A stretch of 64,000 nucleotides of DNA from Eledone cirrhosa. Its lineage: Eukaryota. The stretch spans positions 82,088,001 to 82,152,000 of the forward strand of contig OZ024740.1 in NCBI GenBank assembly GCA_964016885.1. The letters run 5' to 3'. The notes beneath the pieces were generated by a model, which saw nothing but the letters and a program-made list of their open reading frames with translations, made no database searches and had not been told where the DNA came from. Made by a program: the position numbers and the translations under genes. Shown here piece after piece: positions 13,046-24,171 of this stretch. Numbering within the stretch: the stretch's first letter is position 1; every line of letters begins with the position of its first letter.

Positions 13046-13361
13046 AAGTATAACAATAAACATTATTGCATGAAACATTATGAAATCCTTTGCTATGTCT
13101 TTAGGTGGTATATATCAGCAGATATACGCAAATATAGCAGCTAAATTTAGATTTTTAATAAAAACACTTATTTAGTGGTAGTGTACGAAAGGTTAAAAAA
13201 ATCAGGGCATATGAATTGTTTGGAGTGTAAATCATTGATTGAAGTCGTTGCCATAGTGTAGCTGTAGCGTTAGCTACAGTGAATACTTCTTGTACTAGTC
13301 GAAGTAGGCTTGTTTCAAATAATTCTAATAACAACATCAAGATTGTGAATGAACCTTGATA

Positions 13362-13430
13362 TGGTATCACCATGCTTATCACCATGTTTATAACCATATT
13401 TATCACCATGTTTATAACCATGTTTATCCC
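13362..13430. repeat. 12-bp minisatellite (ccatgtttatca-like) x ~5
   Basis: Direct inspection. Confidence 0.85.
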
Positions 13431-13519
13431 CATTCACTTCCTAAATAAGTACACTTTTCATATTTCAAGGGTACCAATAATTTAGTACACTTTCGTCAGA
13501 TAAAATACAATATTTGGTT

Positions 13520-13700
13520 TAGTACAATGGGATTGATGAGTTAATATCTATACAACAACTACAACGGTACGCGATGGCGCCCACCCACAGCCCCGGCGGA
13601 CATAATGGAGAAGGCGTTTCTCCGGAGGACAGCAAGGTAGACGCGCTGGAAAACCCACTCCAACTCGCGGGGCTCACACCTGCGGCCGGCCAGCTCAGCG
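13520..13700 (-). mobile_element. 3' fragment of the CRE-like element at 24.2-26.9 kb
   Basis: Colinear with 24172-24352 (acaatgggattg...ctacaacggtacgcgatgg...gccagctcagcg). Confidence 0.9.
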
Positions 13701-14715
13701 GAGATATTGAATCCTACATGTCACGTTCTCGGCATTTAGTAAGTCAAAAAATGGACACACAAGTTGGGATTTGGGATTTGAGAAGAGAAACAGCAGCTTC
13801 AATCAGCAGCTTCAATCAAATACAAACTCGTATTTTCGATATTGTCGGAGGTGTATACAGTGGGAACATAAATTTGCATTTGCAACGATGTCGATGCTCT
13901 ATTGCAAGGTATAGACAGTTAAAGCCATATGAAATGCTGGAAGATGCTGTTTGCTCGATTAGATGTTAGACGTAAAGTGGTGTAGGAGTATGACGACAAT
14001 GAAGCATAAATAATCATAGAACATCTGACTGTTCAAAAGTATCAAAATATTTGTTGACAGTTATTTCAATACTTTATAGTTGACTTTCCTATCAAGGATA
14101 TAACAATAACTGGAACATTGGCGATAAGAGTCCGGTCAGGCCTTTTTAGAAAAGAAGTGTAGTTGACAAACACACATAACTTAAAACTTTCCTAAAGAGC
14201 TATAACAAATATAACTTCCTCTATTGAAGAAGAACAGATAAAAATGTTGAAAGAGGTTTCAAATTTCAAAGAAGCAATTTTGCGTTAATTTAACATGCGA
14301 AGATTGTGATGAGAATGCCCAGTGTTCTCAGTGTGCACTCTGTGTCTCATTATTCAATAAATATTTTTTTTCGACTTGCGAACTAATGATCTCTCAGAAA
14401 TCACACAGATAAACATAGTTCTGAACAGTTGAATGTCCTGGCGAATGCATCAAAGAATAGGTTCATTGGCCAAAACAATTTTTTACATTCACATCGACAC
14501 CTCATTTGGGCGACGTGTTGCCATACACGACTAACAGGGTGATGTTACCATGGAGATGTCTCGGACATGGAAACAATTGCAGCAGCTAATTCAACGTTAA
14601 CAAGATAAGAAACGATTGTAGGTATATTATAATAGACAATTGAGGAAAGAACAGAGGCAGAATCAAATCACTGTGGTTATATGCTACAATCATTGGCGAT
14701 AGATCACAGCGAAAG

Positions 14716-14930
14716 AGCGTGGTGTAGTCGACAGTGTACTAGGCGTACGATCGTAAGATATTGATTTCGATTCCTGAAGCAAGACACTCTATTCCATGCT
14801 GCTCCAAACCAGTCAGCTGGGGAACATCTGTTTCATCTGTAAGTAAAGGGGCTAGAAGTTTCAGATATTTTGTCACACTGCTCATCAATAAGAACCACCT
14901 TGAGATCGCCCATCCGTGTAGAATGGACAT
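14716..14930 (+). mobile_element. Degenerate tRNA-derived SINE
   Basis: A-box-like tggtgtagtcg, B-box-like atttcgattcc, followed by gcaagacact core typical of V/Meta-type SINEs. Confidence 0.55.
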
Positions 14931-15460
14931 CAAGTTTCACGTTAGTTTCACGAGCAAGCTACTTCGTTGATTGGAGCACACGTCAGCGGAAACGACGGAA
15001 GTCCAGCAATAACATATAACAGTAGATTATTTTACTACATTTATTGTATATTTATACACGGATGAATCAACATATGAATATTTAATAATTGTGTTTTATT
15101 AGAATAAAGTAAGATCAACCTTCGGCACTCTCAAAGTAGTAGAAAATCATATTTCCCATTGCCGTTACAATTTGTTTCTTAGTGGTAATAATTATAACAT
15201 AGGTGCGCCGGTCATGTTCAATTCCGTATGACTTGCATGTAACATCAATTCGGTAATTGTTTTCTGTGGTAAACAAACATCTTACATACATTGAACAACA
15301 TGATCATCCAGAATGTGAAATATGAAATCAAAGAAGCAGTGAAATTGTACATTTTTTTTATTGATCCCCGCCAAAGTTTTAATGGTGTAGTGGAGCTCAT
15401 CTAGATTTGAACTCAGGACACAGAGACGCGGATCCTTCTCTGTACGGACTCTCTCACATC

Positions 15461-15528
<68 letters not shown>

Positions 15529-15534
15529 CACACC

Positions 15535-15579
<45 letters not shown>

Positions 15580-16160
15580 CGCCGCACCATTCAGCCTAAG
15601 GCCTTGTGGAAAAAAGTGATGAGGCATCAAATGTCCTGCTAACAACACCCAAAACCATGACACTTGCAGGAAATTGTGTGTGCATTACTTTTGGAACCTC
15701 AGAAGGGTCTGCACATAGCCACCTGTCATTTCTTCTGTTAGTTTTGTGGGCAAATCACACCATCTTCTGATGGATTTTTAAACTTGTTTCTTTTGTTTTT
15801 TCTGACATGAATTGACCTGTCCTCGTCACGTAAGATTTGTATCTGATGTCTTCATGCACAACATTTCTGATTGTTTTTTTCTGACACACCAACATTTTTT
15901 GCAATTGACCTCATTGATTTTCCGGGATTGTCATCAATGTTTTGCTTAACTTCCTGAATAAATTCAGGTATCCTGATAGAATCAGAGCGTTTGGAATGTT
16001 TTTTAAAGTTTTGATACAGGTAATACGCTTCAATCATCTTTCTCTAACTAACATCGAATCTTGTGGACAAAAATCTTGCAACTTTCAGAAAACGAGAAAA
16101 TTCCAAATCACCATGCTTAGCCTTCAAAGCCACAATCACAGCATGCCTTTTCATTTCATT
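15580..16160 (-). pseudogene. Tc1/mariner-superfamily transposase relic
   Basis: Fragments MKRHAVIVALKAKH, RIPEFIQEVKQNIDDNPGKSMRSIAKNVGVSEK (HTH), GHLMPHHFFPQGLRLNGAAY; many frameshifts. Confidence 0.75.
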
Positions 16161-16245
16161 AGTAAGCATAGTTATTTTTATTGTTATTTTCTGAAAAGGA
16201 AGTTCAATCATAATTATTCAAATAAATTAATGACTAAAAATACAT

Positions 16246-16424
16246 CAATAATTCATTGCGAACATAAGAACAGGCGAATTTTGACGAGGAGAAAAAGACA
16301 GCGTTTTGACCGTACGAGTGTAAGCGAGAAGAATGACCGCGTACAGTGCTCTCTCTCTCCCTCTATATATATATATATATCAGTGGTGCGGACAGTATTT
16401 GAGGAAATACTGTCCGCACCACTG

Positions 16425-16460
<36 letters not shown>

Positions 16461-16565
16461 CACTGTACGCGGTCATTCTTCTCGCTTACACTCGTACGGT
16501 CAAAACGCTGTCTTTTTCTCCTCGTCAAAATTCGCCTATTCTTATGTTCGCAATGAATTATTGAC
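16246..16565. repeat. ~320-bp near-perfect palindrome
   Basis: Arms tcaataattcattgcgaac.../...gttcgcaatgaattattga, centred on cagtggtgcggacagtattt-gagg-aaatactgtccgcaccactg. Confidence 0.95.
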
Positions 16566-17740
16566 TTGATATTTTTTCCTTTTTTCCTCTCTTTGCCACC
16601 AATTTCGTTCAAATTTTAAAGCGAAATAGAATTTATCATTGCACATCATGTAATTGCGTTATATTTTGATTCTTTGGTTCAGGAACGGCGTGGCAGCCGC
16701 TTAAATATTCTAAAATACCACCTTTTCGCTCAAATTTCCGCCTTTTCGGCTCTAGCTCCCACATTTTTCAACCGATTTCGTTCAAATTCAAATCTACGGC
16801 TCCACCTCACACATAAATCAATTTATTTGGTTCAACTTTTATACTACAAAATAACCCATCATTAGCTCCCACATTTTTCAACCGATTTCGTTCAAATTCA
16901 AATCTACGGCTCCACCTCACACATAAATCAATTTATTTGGTTCAACTTTTATACTACGAAATAACCCATCATTAGCTCCCACATTTTTCAACCGATTTCG
17001 TTCAAATTCAAATCTACGGCTCCACCTCACACATAAATCAATTTATTTGGTTCAACTTTTATACTACGAAATAACCCATCATTAGCTCCCACATTTTTCA
17101 ACCGATTTCGTTCAAATTCAAATCTACGGCTCCACCTCACACATAAATCAATTTATTTGGTTCAACTTTTATACTACGAAATAACCCATCATTAGCTCCC
17201 ACATTTTTCAACCGATTTCGTTCAAATTCAAATCTACGGCTCCACCTCACACATAAATCAATTTATTTGGTTCAACTTTTATACTACGAAATAACCCATC
17301 ATTAGCTCCCACATTTTTCAACCGATTTCGTTCAAATTCAAATCTACGGCTCCACCTCACACATAAATCAATTTATTTGGTTCAACTTTTATACTACGAA
17401 ATAACCCATCATTAGCTCCCACATTTTTCAACCGATTTCGTTCAAATTCGAAACTTCGGCTCCACCTCACACATAAATCAATTTATTTGGTTCAACTTTT
17501 ATACTACGATGGAGCCTATCATCGTACATCATATAGTAGCTTTACACTTTGCATTTTTTGTCCAGGGACGGCGTGATAGCCGTTTAACTGTTCAAAATAC
17601 GATTTTTTCCAGCTCCCACATATTCCATACAATTTCACTCAATATTTCGCTACACCTTACGACCGATTTTCAAGAAACTGCTTTTCATCAAAGCAGATAT
17701 TATTTTACCTACCCAGGCAACGCTGGGTACTGCTGCTAGT
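16460..17740 (+). mobile_element. Non-autonomous Helitron-like element with internal tandem array (5' boundary uncertain)
   Basis: 3' hairpin cccaggcaacgctggg followed by ctag|t at ~17736-17740. Confidence 0.7.
16753..17508 (+). repeat. 110-bp tandem repeat x ~6.9
   Basis: tagctcccacatttttcaacc at 16753, 16863, 16973, 17083, 17193, 17303, 17413. Confidence 0.97.
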
Positions 17741-17743
17741 ATA

Positions 17744-17788
<45 letters not shown>

Positions 17789-17789
17789 T

Positions 17790-17985
17790 TAATGTAGACG
17801 AGATTCTACAGGACTGACTAGAACTGTTTCATTCGTGAGAAATCATGAGGAAGCTCCTGATGATTTCTCACGAATGAAACAGTTTTAGTCCTGTAGAAGC
17901 TCTTCTATATTAACACTTTTATACTCTGCTATCTATTCAGTACCTTACTTATTGTGGTTACCTCCGATTCAACCCGGAATAACTT
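17790..17985 (+). mobile_element. Short hammerhead-bearing dispersed repeat with inverted 5' arm; HHR at 17852-17901
   Basis: agctc-CTGATGA-tttctcacgaat-GAAA-cag(ttttagtc)ctg-TA-gaagct; homologues at 23587-23735 (-) and 36147-36283 (+). Confidence 0.7.
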
Positions 17986-18006
17986 ATATATATATATGTG
18001 TATATG

Positions 18007-18079
<73 letters not shown>

Positions 18080-18146
18080 GTGTGTGTGTTTACTTATATA
18101 TATATATATATATGTATATGTTTATATATACACACACACACATATA

Positions 18147-18182
<36 letters not shown>

Positions 18183-19427
18183 TGTATGTATGTATGTATG
18201 TATGTATGTGTGTATGTATGTATATATGTATGTATGTGAACGTGTGTGTTGGGGGTGTATGATTCAGTAAGGAAAAAATCGATTCATGTAAAATGTTTAA
18301 TTGACGTTAATCACTTTGTTTATGCATTCTTTGTTTTATATGAATTTGGGACATGTGATGGGATACATTTTTCTAATTTTTTATTCACTCCTTTATGTAA
18401 ATTTGCAGTTAGAGTTATATTCAAGCATAGCCGTACAATTTTATAAATTCTATCAAATGGAAATCGCTTCTAATTTTTATTTATCATATTATGTTTATAT
18501 AAAATTTATTATTTCCGTGTGAATTTGTTTAAAGTATTAAAATAATAATTTCCAAAACGATTCTTTTTTTTTTCTGAAACAAAACAAAATTTAATGCATC
18601 CGGATCATTAAACATATATCATTAAAGAGAGAGAAAATGAAAATATATTTTTTCGTTCCAATTCTATTTATTATTTACTAAATATCTATTCAGAAAACAA
18701 TAAAATAAATATACATGCTTAGTTTACATTGCTATTACATATTTTAATTCATTTCAACTGTAACCAATAAATAGATATTTGAAGAAGTTTTAAACGATAT
18801 TTTTCAAATAAATAAAATCATTGAAAAATAATTATTGATTTAACTAAATAGGTTTCTGAAAACTTCAATTTTTTTCTCGTATATTATACTCATTTATACA
18901 ATTTTTTGCATAATTGACATCAATATATTATTGGTATGTCTAGGAAAACAGCTTCTTCATAACAGTCGTCTACTTACGTCTGGTATCACTATTTCTGTTG
19001 GCACCCTATCATTCTTGTATATATCAGATACTCTTCTGTCGATCATTTTTTTTGTCTGCGTTCTAATCCAAGTTTTGCTTTATTAAACATTGCTCTCATC
19101 GTGTAAATCGCCCCTTATCTTTTGCTAATTCTGACCAAAGAGTTTCCATGTTGCATTAGAGAGGACGTTTCAATTACGATTTCTAGACGAGACAATCTTT
19201 AATTATTTTGAACAGCTACCTGTATTTAAATCTTTGAGATACATTACGGATAATTGACTTCCCTAAAGATGCGTTGAGATGCGTTCTACCACTTACGGTG
19301 CCAGAGTAAACGACAGAAATGTTATAATACCTTTCTAGCGTTAAATATTAATCCGGTTTTCAATTATTTCGCATTTGCACATACCTTTATACATACATGC
19401 ACATACACATACACATACACGCACACA

Positions 19428-19504
<77 letters not shown>

Positions 19505-19578
19505 GGAGAGAGAGAGAGAGAAATAAACGCACACGTGAATACACATACACGCAAACAGGACACACACAAACGCACATA

Positions 19579-19659
<81 letters not shown>

Positions 19660-19664
<5 letters not shown>

Positions 19665-21377
19665 AATGCAGTTCGGGTTTGTGTCAAGCAAAAGTACCAC
19701 GACACTCTTTTCATTGTACGACAACTACAGGAGAAGTACCTAGCGAAAAGTAAACCACTATACTTAGCTTTTGTCGACTTGGAGAAAGCCTTCGACAGAG
19801 TCCCCCGTTCCATTATCTGGTGGGCTCTTAGAAAACTAGGTGATGATGAATGGCTTGTGAGAGCTATACAAGCCTTGTACAAAGAAACAGTCAGCAAGGC
19901 TAGAATTAACAACGAATATAGTGAAGAGTTTAGCGTAAAAGTTGGTGTTCATCAGGGCTCCGTTCTTAGCCCCCTACTATTTATTATTGCACTTCAGGCT
20001 ATAACAGTGGAGTTCAAGACCGACTGCCCGTGGGAACTCCTATACGTAGATGATCGAACGCCCATAGCTGAATCAATGGCCGAACTAGAGAAGAAATTCC
20101 AAACATGGAAGCACGGCCTAGAATCAAAAGGCCTTAAAATTAACCTGTCGAAGACTAAAGTTCAAGTTTGTAGGAAGGAAAATAGGGCGCCGGTCCCATC
20201 CGGGAAATAGCCATGCTCAGTGTATAGGAAAAGAGTAGGTAGAAACTCAATGTTATGTCCCAAATGCAAAGTATGGGTGCATAAAAGATGTAGTGGGATC
20301 ACAGGTAAGCTAACTAAGAACATAGATTTCATATGTGGCCGGTGCTCTGGTGCAATAAGTAGCAGCAAGTGCCCACTGAATACTAGCTCATTCCATTGCA
20401 CAGATGGTTCTATATAAATAGTGGACAGCTTCCGTTACCCGGGTGACAACATCAGCAGTGGGGGAGGGTGCTCTGATAGAACAGTAGCTAGAGTCAGAAC
20501 TGGATGGAAAGAGAGCTTAAACCACTATTAGCCGCTAAAGGGTTCTCCCTAAAAATGAAAGGCAGGCTGTATGATGCCTGCATACGAACAGCAATGTTGC
20601 ATGGCAGTGAGACGTGGGCATTGTGTGCAGAGGATATACGCAGACTGGAGAGGAACGAAGCTTGCATGCTCCGCTGGATGTGTAATAGTAATATACGTGA
20701 ACAGCAAAGCATAAACGAACTAAGGGAAACATGAGAAATAAGAGGGATCAGATGTTGTTTACTCGAGAGAAGGCTACGTTGGTATGGTCACGCGATGCGC
20801 ATGAAAGACGACAGCTGTATAAAAAAGTGCATGGCAATAAAAATAGACGGTAGCCACGGAGTAGGCAGACCCAGAAAAACCTGGGACCACTTGATAAATT
20901 CTGACCTCACACACTTACACCTCTCCAAGACAATGTCACTGGACCGAGAGCTTTGGCGCTACACAGTAATAGAGAAGAACCGCCTTACCAAAGTACAAAG
21001 TGAAACCTACAGTCAGTAGGCATCTCTAACAAAATACACCCCGTCCCACTACCGACACCCCATCCACACCACCCCTTTCAATGTAAAGTTATGTTGGTAC
21101 CACAAAATCCAGCCCGAAACAAATGAGGTCGGGTAGGTGTCACGACAAAAAACACACAGTCCACGCTGTAATGTGGTCATGTAGGTAACACGGTAAAAAC
21201 CTCCCAGTTCCACACTGTAAATGTGATTGGTGTTAGGAAGGGCATCCAGCCGTAGAAAACCCGCCAGATAGTCATATGCGAGCAAGACAACCACTCTTGC
21301 CTCAAGTGGGAAAACTCCCGTCCAAACCCATGCAAGCGTGGAATATGGACGTGAAACGATGATGATGATGATGATGA
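19660..21377 (+). mobile_element. 5'-truncated, degenerate RTE-clade LINE with (GAT)n tail
   Basis: EMQFGF, VDLEKAFDRVPR, VGVHQGSVLSPLLF, YVDD, Cys-rich insert CPKCKVWVHKRC..CGRC, GSETW, GRPRKTW; stops and frameshifts. Confidence 0.9.
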
Positions 21378-21393
21378 TATATATATATATATA

Positions 21394-22362
21394 TCTATAT
21401 ATATAAAACTGTGGTTGTCTGTCTGTCTATCGATTTTTGGCACACATTTCCTCTTAGAATCTCTGACGGAATTGCACCGAAATTGCTATACTTGTACATT
21501 GAGCTCTAGCGAAGACATCGGAAAAAAAATATTTCAAATTGACCCACCCTATGTGACGAAATCGAATATAATGTATCGAGTTTTGAGCGTAAGTTATCAG
21601 TTATTTCCCTTTGTTCTGTTTACATTGAGCGTCTTCCGTAAAAAATTACGCTGGCTTTCTCAGCGTTTAAAATGAGATTAACACAATACACGAACAGTTG
21701 TCGAGCCAGCAAAATATTGACCTGCAAAATTCATCAGTTCGAACACTAAGCTTCCGTTTTGCTTCATTTCCATTTAAAAGCATTTTAAAACAATATTTTT
21801 ACTTGAAAACAAGTCTATTTAAAGACTACGTAAAACAAGCAAATATTTCCTCGTTAGGCGTGCAGACAAACAGTCGTGCAGACAGACAGTCGTGCAGAGA
21901 GGTGATATACGCGTGCAGACAGACAGTCGTGCAGAGAGGTGATATAGGCGTGCAGACAGACAGTCGTGCAGAGAGGTGATATATGCGTGCAGACAGACAG
22001 TCGTGCAGAGAGGTGATATAGGCGTGCAGAGAGGTGATATAGGCGTGCAGACAGACATAACTGATAATTTGGTTACGCTAATGTTTTTCTCTGCGTTGCA
22101 GTGTTTACATTTTCGATCTTTGTTAATAAATAACCAGTGAAGTTTCTATCCCCAGCATCCTCTTTTGTGATAACATTCGGGTTATCGTTATGTTTTCTTA
22201 ACTTCATAAGGCATATTGTTGGTTGAGGGAATATTAATCAAAAACACCACATGCAAGTCTGCACAGTAGACACTACAGTTTTTAAGCCAAGAAAGAAACT
22301 TAACATTGTAACTTTAACACAGCTACTGAGCGACCCCGAGCAACGCCGGGATTTACTGCTAG
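21394..22362 (+). mobile_element. Non-autonomous Helitron with internal ~37-bp minisatellite (21857-22057)
   Basis: 5' tctatatatataaaac...(gtct)n; 3' hairpin cccgagcaacgccggg + ctag|t. Confidence 0.8.
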
Positions 22363-22586
22363 TATACGTTAAAACAATGAAATAAAAAGTCAAGTCATTA
22401 GAGATATACTTCACTGCTTTACGATCGTTTCTAGATGGTGATAATACATTGTATCTATACTCAGTTATTGATCTATGTAAGTTTACAAACTATCAGCTAG
22501 AGAGAATATATACTTACATGCATATCACCAGCTGTTTTCATTGAGTTCTTCATACAGAATAGACCCCACAACTTACAGTGGATACC

Positions 22587-22630
<44 letters not shown>

Positions 22631-22849
22631 TATATATATATAAGTATGTATGTATACGTACATACATATATGTATACAGACGTACAGTTGTATGTATATA
22701 TATACATACATGTACACATATATATATGTACGTATCGGTTTACCGAACATTTATTATAATGTTCGGTTTGTCTGTAAACAAACAGCTCGAATTAAGCCGT
22801 TCAGTGTTTAGCAACCATCGTTGCCCTTTTGCTCAACACTGACAAAGGA

Positions 22850-22892
22850 ACGGTGTACTAGTTTCAAGCTCATTAGCTATCGTCAGCATCGT
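22850..22892 (-). ncRNA. Minimal type I hammerhead (same family as the 51.7-52.6 kb repeat; element ~22630-22921)
   Basis: Minus: acgatg-CTGACGA-tagc(taatga)gctt-GAAA-ctag-TA-caccgt. Confidence 0.75.
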
Positions 22893-23083
22893 AAACCTTC
22901 CTGCCAGAGATTAAACGTCTATATATATAAGGCTCTGATACCATCAACACTATAAACACAGAGCTGGCATATCTAAGAACTGACTAACTGCCTGATGAGT
23001 TCATAGCCCTTCAATGGCTATCATCGAAATTTATATACTAGTAAATAAAGGATTATGAGTTCATGCAATTGACTTATGTTTCG

Positions 23084-23115
<32 letters not shown>

Positions 23116-23119
<4 letters not shown>

Positions 23120-23540
23120 TAAACGGAATAGAAAATGCTGACAAATTGTTCACAGTTGAAAAATGGTTTAATTAGGAATAAAAGAGTATTAGTGACTGTA
23201 TGGGTAGTATTCAGTTGTGGTTTTAAGTTTTTTAATTTTTACCGGTTGCGCATTTCTAAATGCTTTTCAAAAATAATTTTGAGATAGAGTGTCCGTGCTG
23301 TTTGCTCTGATCTGAGCAAACAGCACGGACACTCTATCTCAAAATTATTTTTGAAAAGCATTTAGAAATGCGCAACCGGTAAAAACTTAAAAACTTAAAA
23401 CCACAACTGAATACTACCCATACAGTCACTAATACTCTTTTACTCCTAATTAAACCATTTTTCAACTGTGAACAATTTGTCAGCATTTTTTATTCCGTTT
23501 ACCAGTATATAATAACTTGTGTGTTACACCTCTATTCTTT

Positions 23541-23545
<5 letters not shown>
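23116..23545. repeat. ~190-bp-arm palindrome between (TA)n tracts; each arm has a degenerate minimal hammerhead-like motif
   Basis: Centre ~23310; motif TTGAAAA-gcatt(taga)aatgc-GCAA-ccgg-TA at 23351-23381. Confidence 0.9.
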
Positions 23546-23586
<41 letters not shown>

Positions 23587-23588
<2 letters not shown>

Positions 23589-23735
23589 TAAGTTATTCCG
23601 GGTTGAATCGGAGTTAACCACAGTAAGTAACGTACTCAATACATAGCAGAGTATAAAAGTTTTAATATAGATGAGATTCTACAGGACTAGAACTGTTTCA
23701 TTCTTGAGATATTATCAGGAATCTGACTGTCCAAG
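23587..23735 (-). repeat. Copy of the 17.8-kb hammerhead repeat family, core mutated (CTGATAA)
   Basis: Minus: gattc-CTGATAA-tatctcaagaat-GAAA-cagttctagtcctg-TA-gaatc. Confidence 0.75.
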
Positions 23736-23782
23736 TAAATATATATATATGCATATAGGGAGAGAGAGAGAGAGAGAGAGAG

Positions 23783-23863
<81 letters not shown>

Positions 23864-24171
23864 CACACGTGAATACACATACACAAAAACATCCACCTAC
23901 GCGTATGTTATAACGAGACTAACAAGTGACACAGAAAATCTGAAACGATTTCATGTGGGTAAGATGATACAGTATCCGTATATATGTAAATTCCCGACTT
24001 GTGTCGGCGATACATTCAGATGCAGAAGATAATAAATACATCGGTTAAGTATTGACAACGTTATTATATGTAGTTGCCTATACTTAACCAATGTAATTAT
24101 TAGCTTTTGTACTTTACGCGCATCTGAAAATTACTGGCATTGTGCCAAAACTTGAAATTATTATATATCAT

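Noticed and set aside
16381-16424. 44-bp CAGTG...CACTG hairpin as a Tc1 MITE
   Set aside because: Flanks read AT rather than a TA target duplication, and it is the centre of a larger palindrome
16753-22057. 110-bp and ~37-bp repeats as CRISPR arrays
   Set aside because: Contiguous repeats without unique spacers, no cas genes, eukaryotic context
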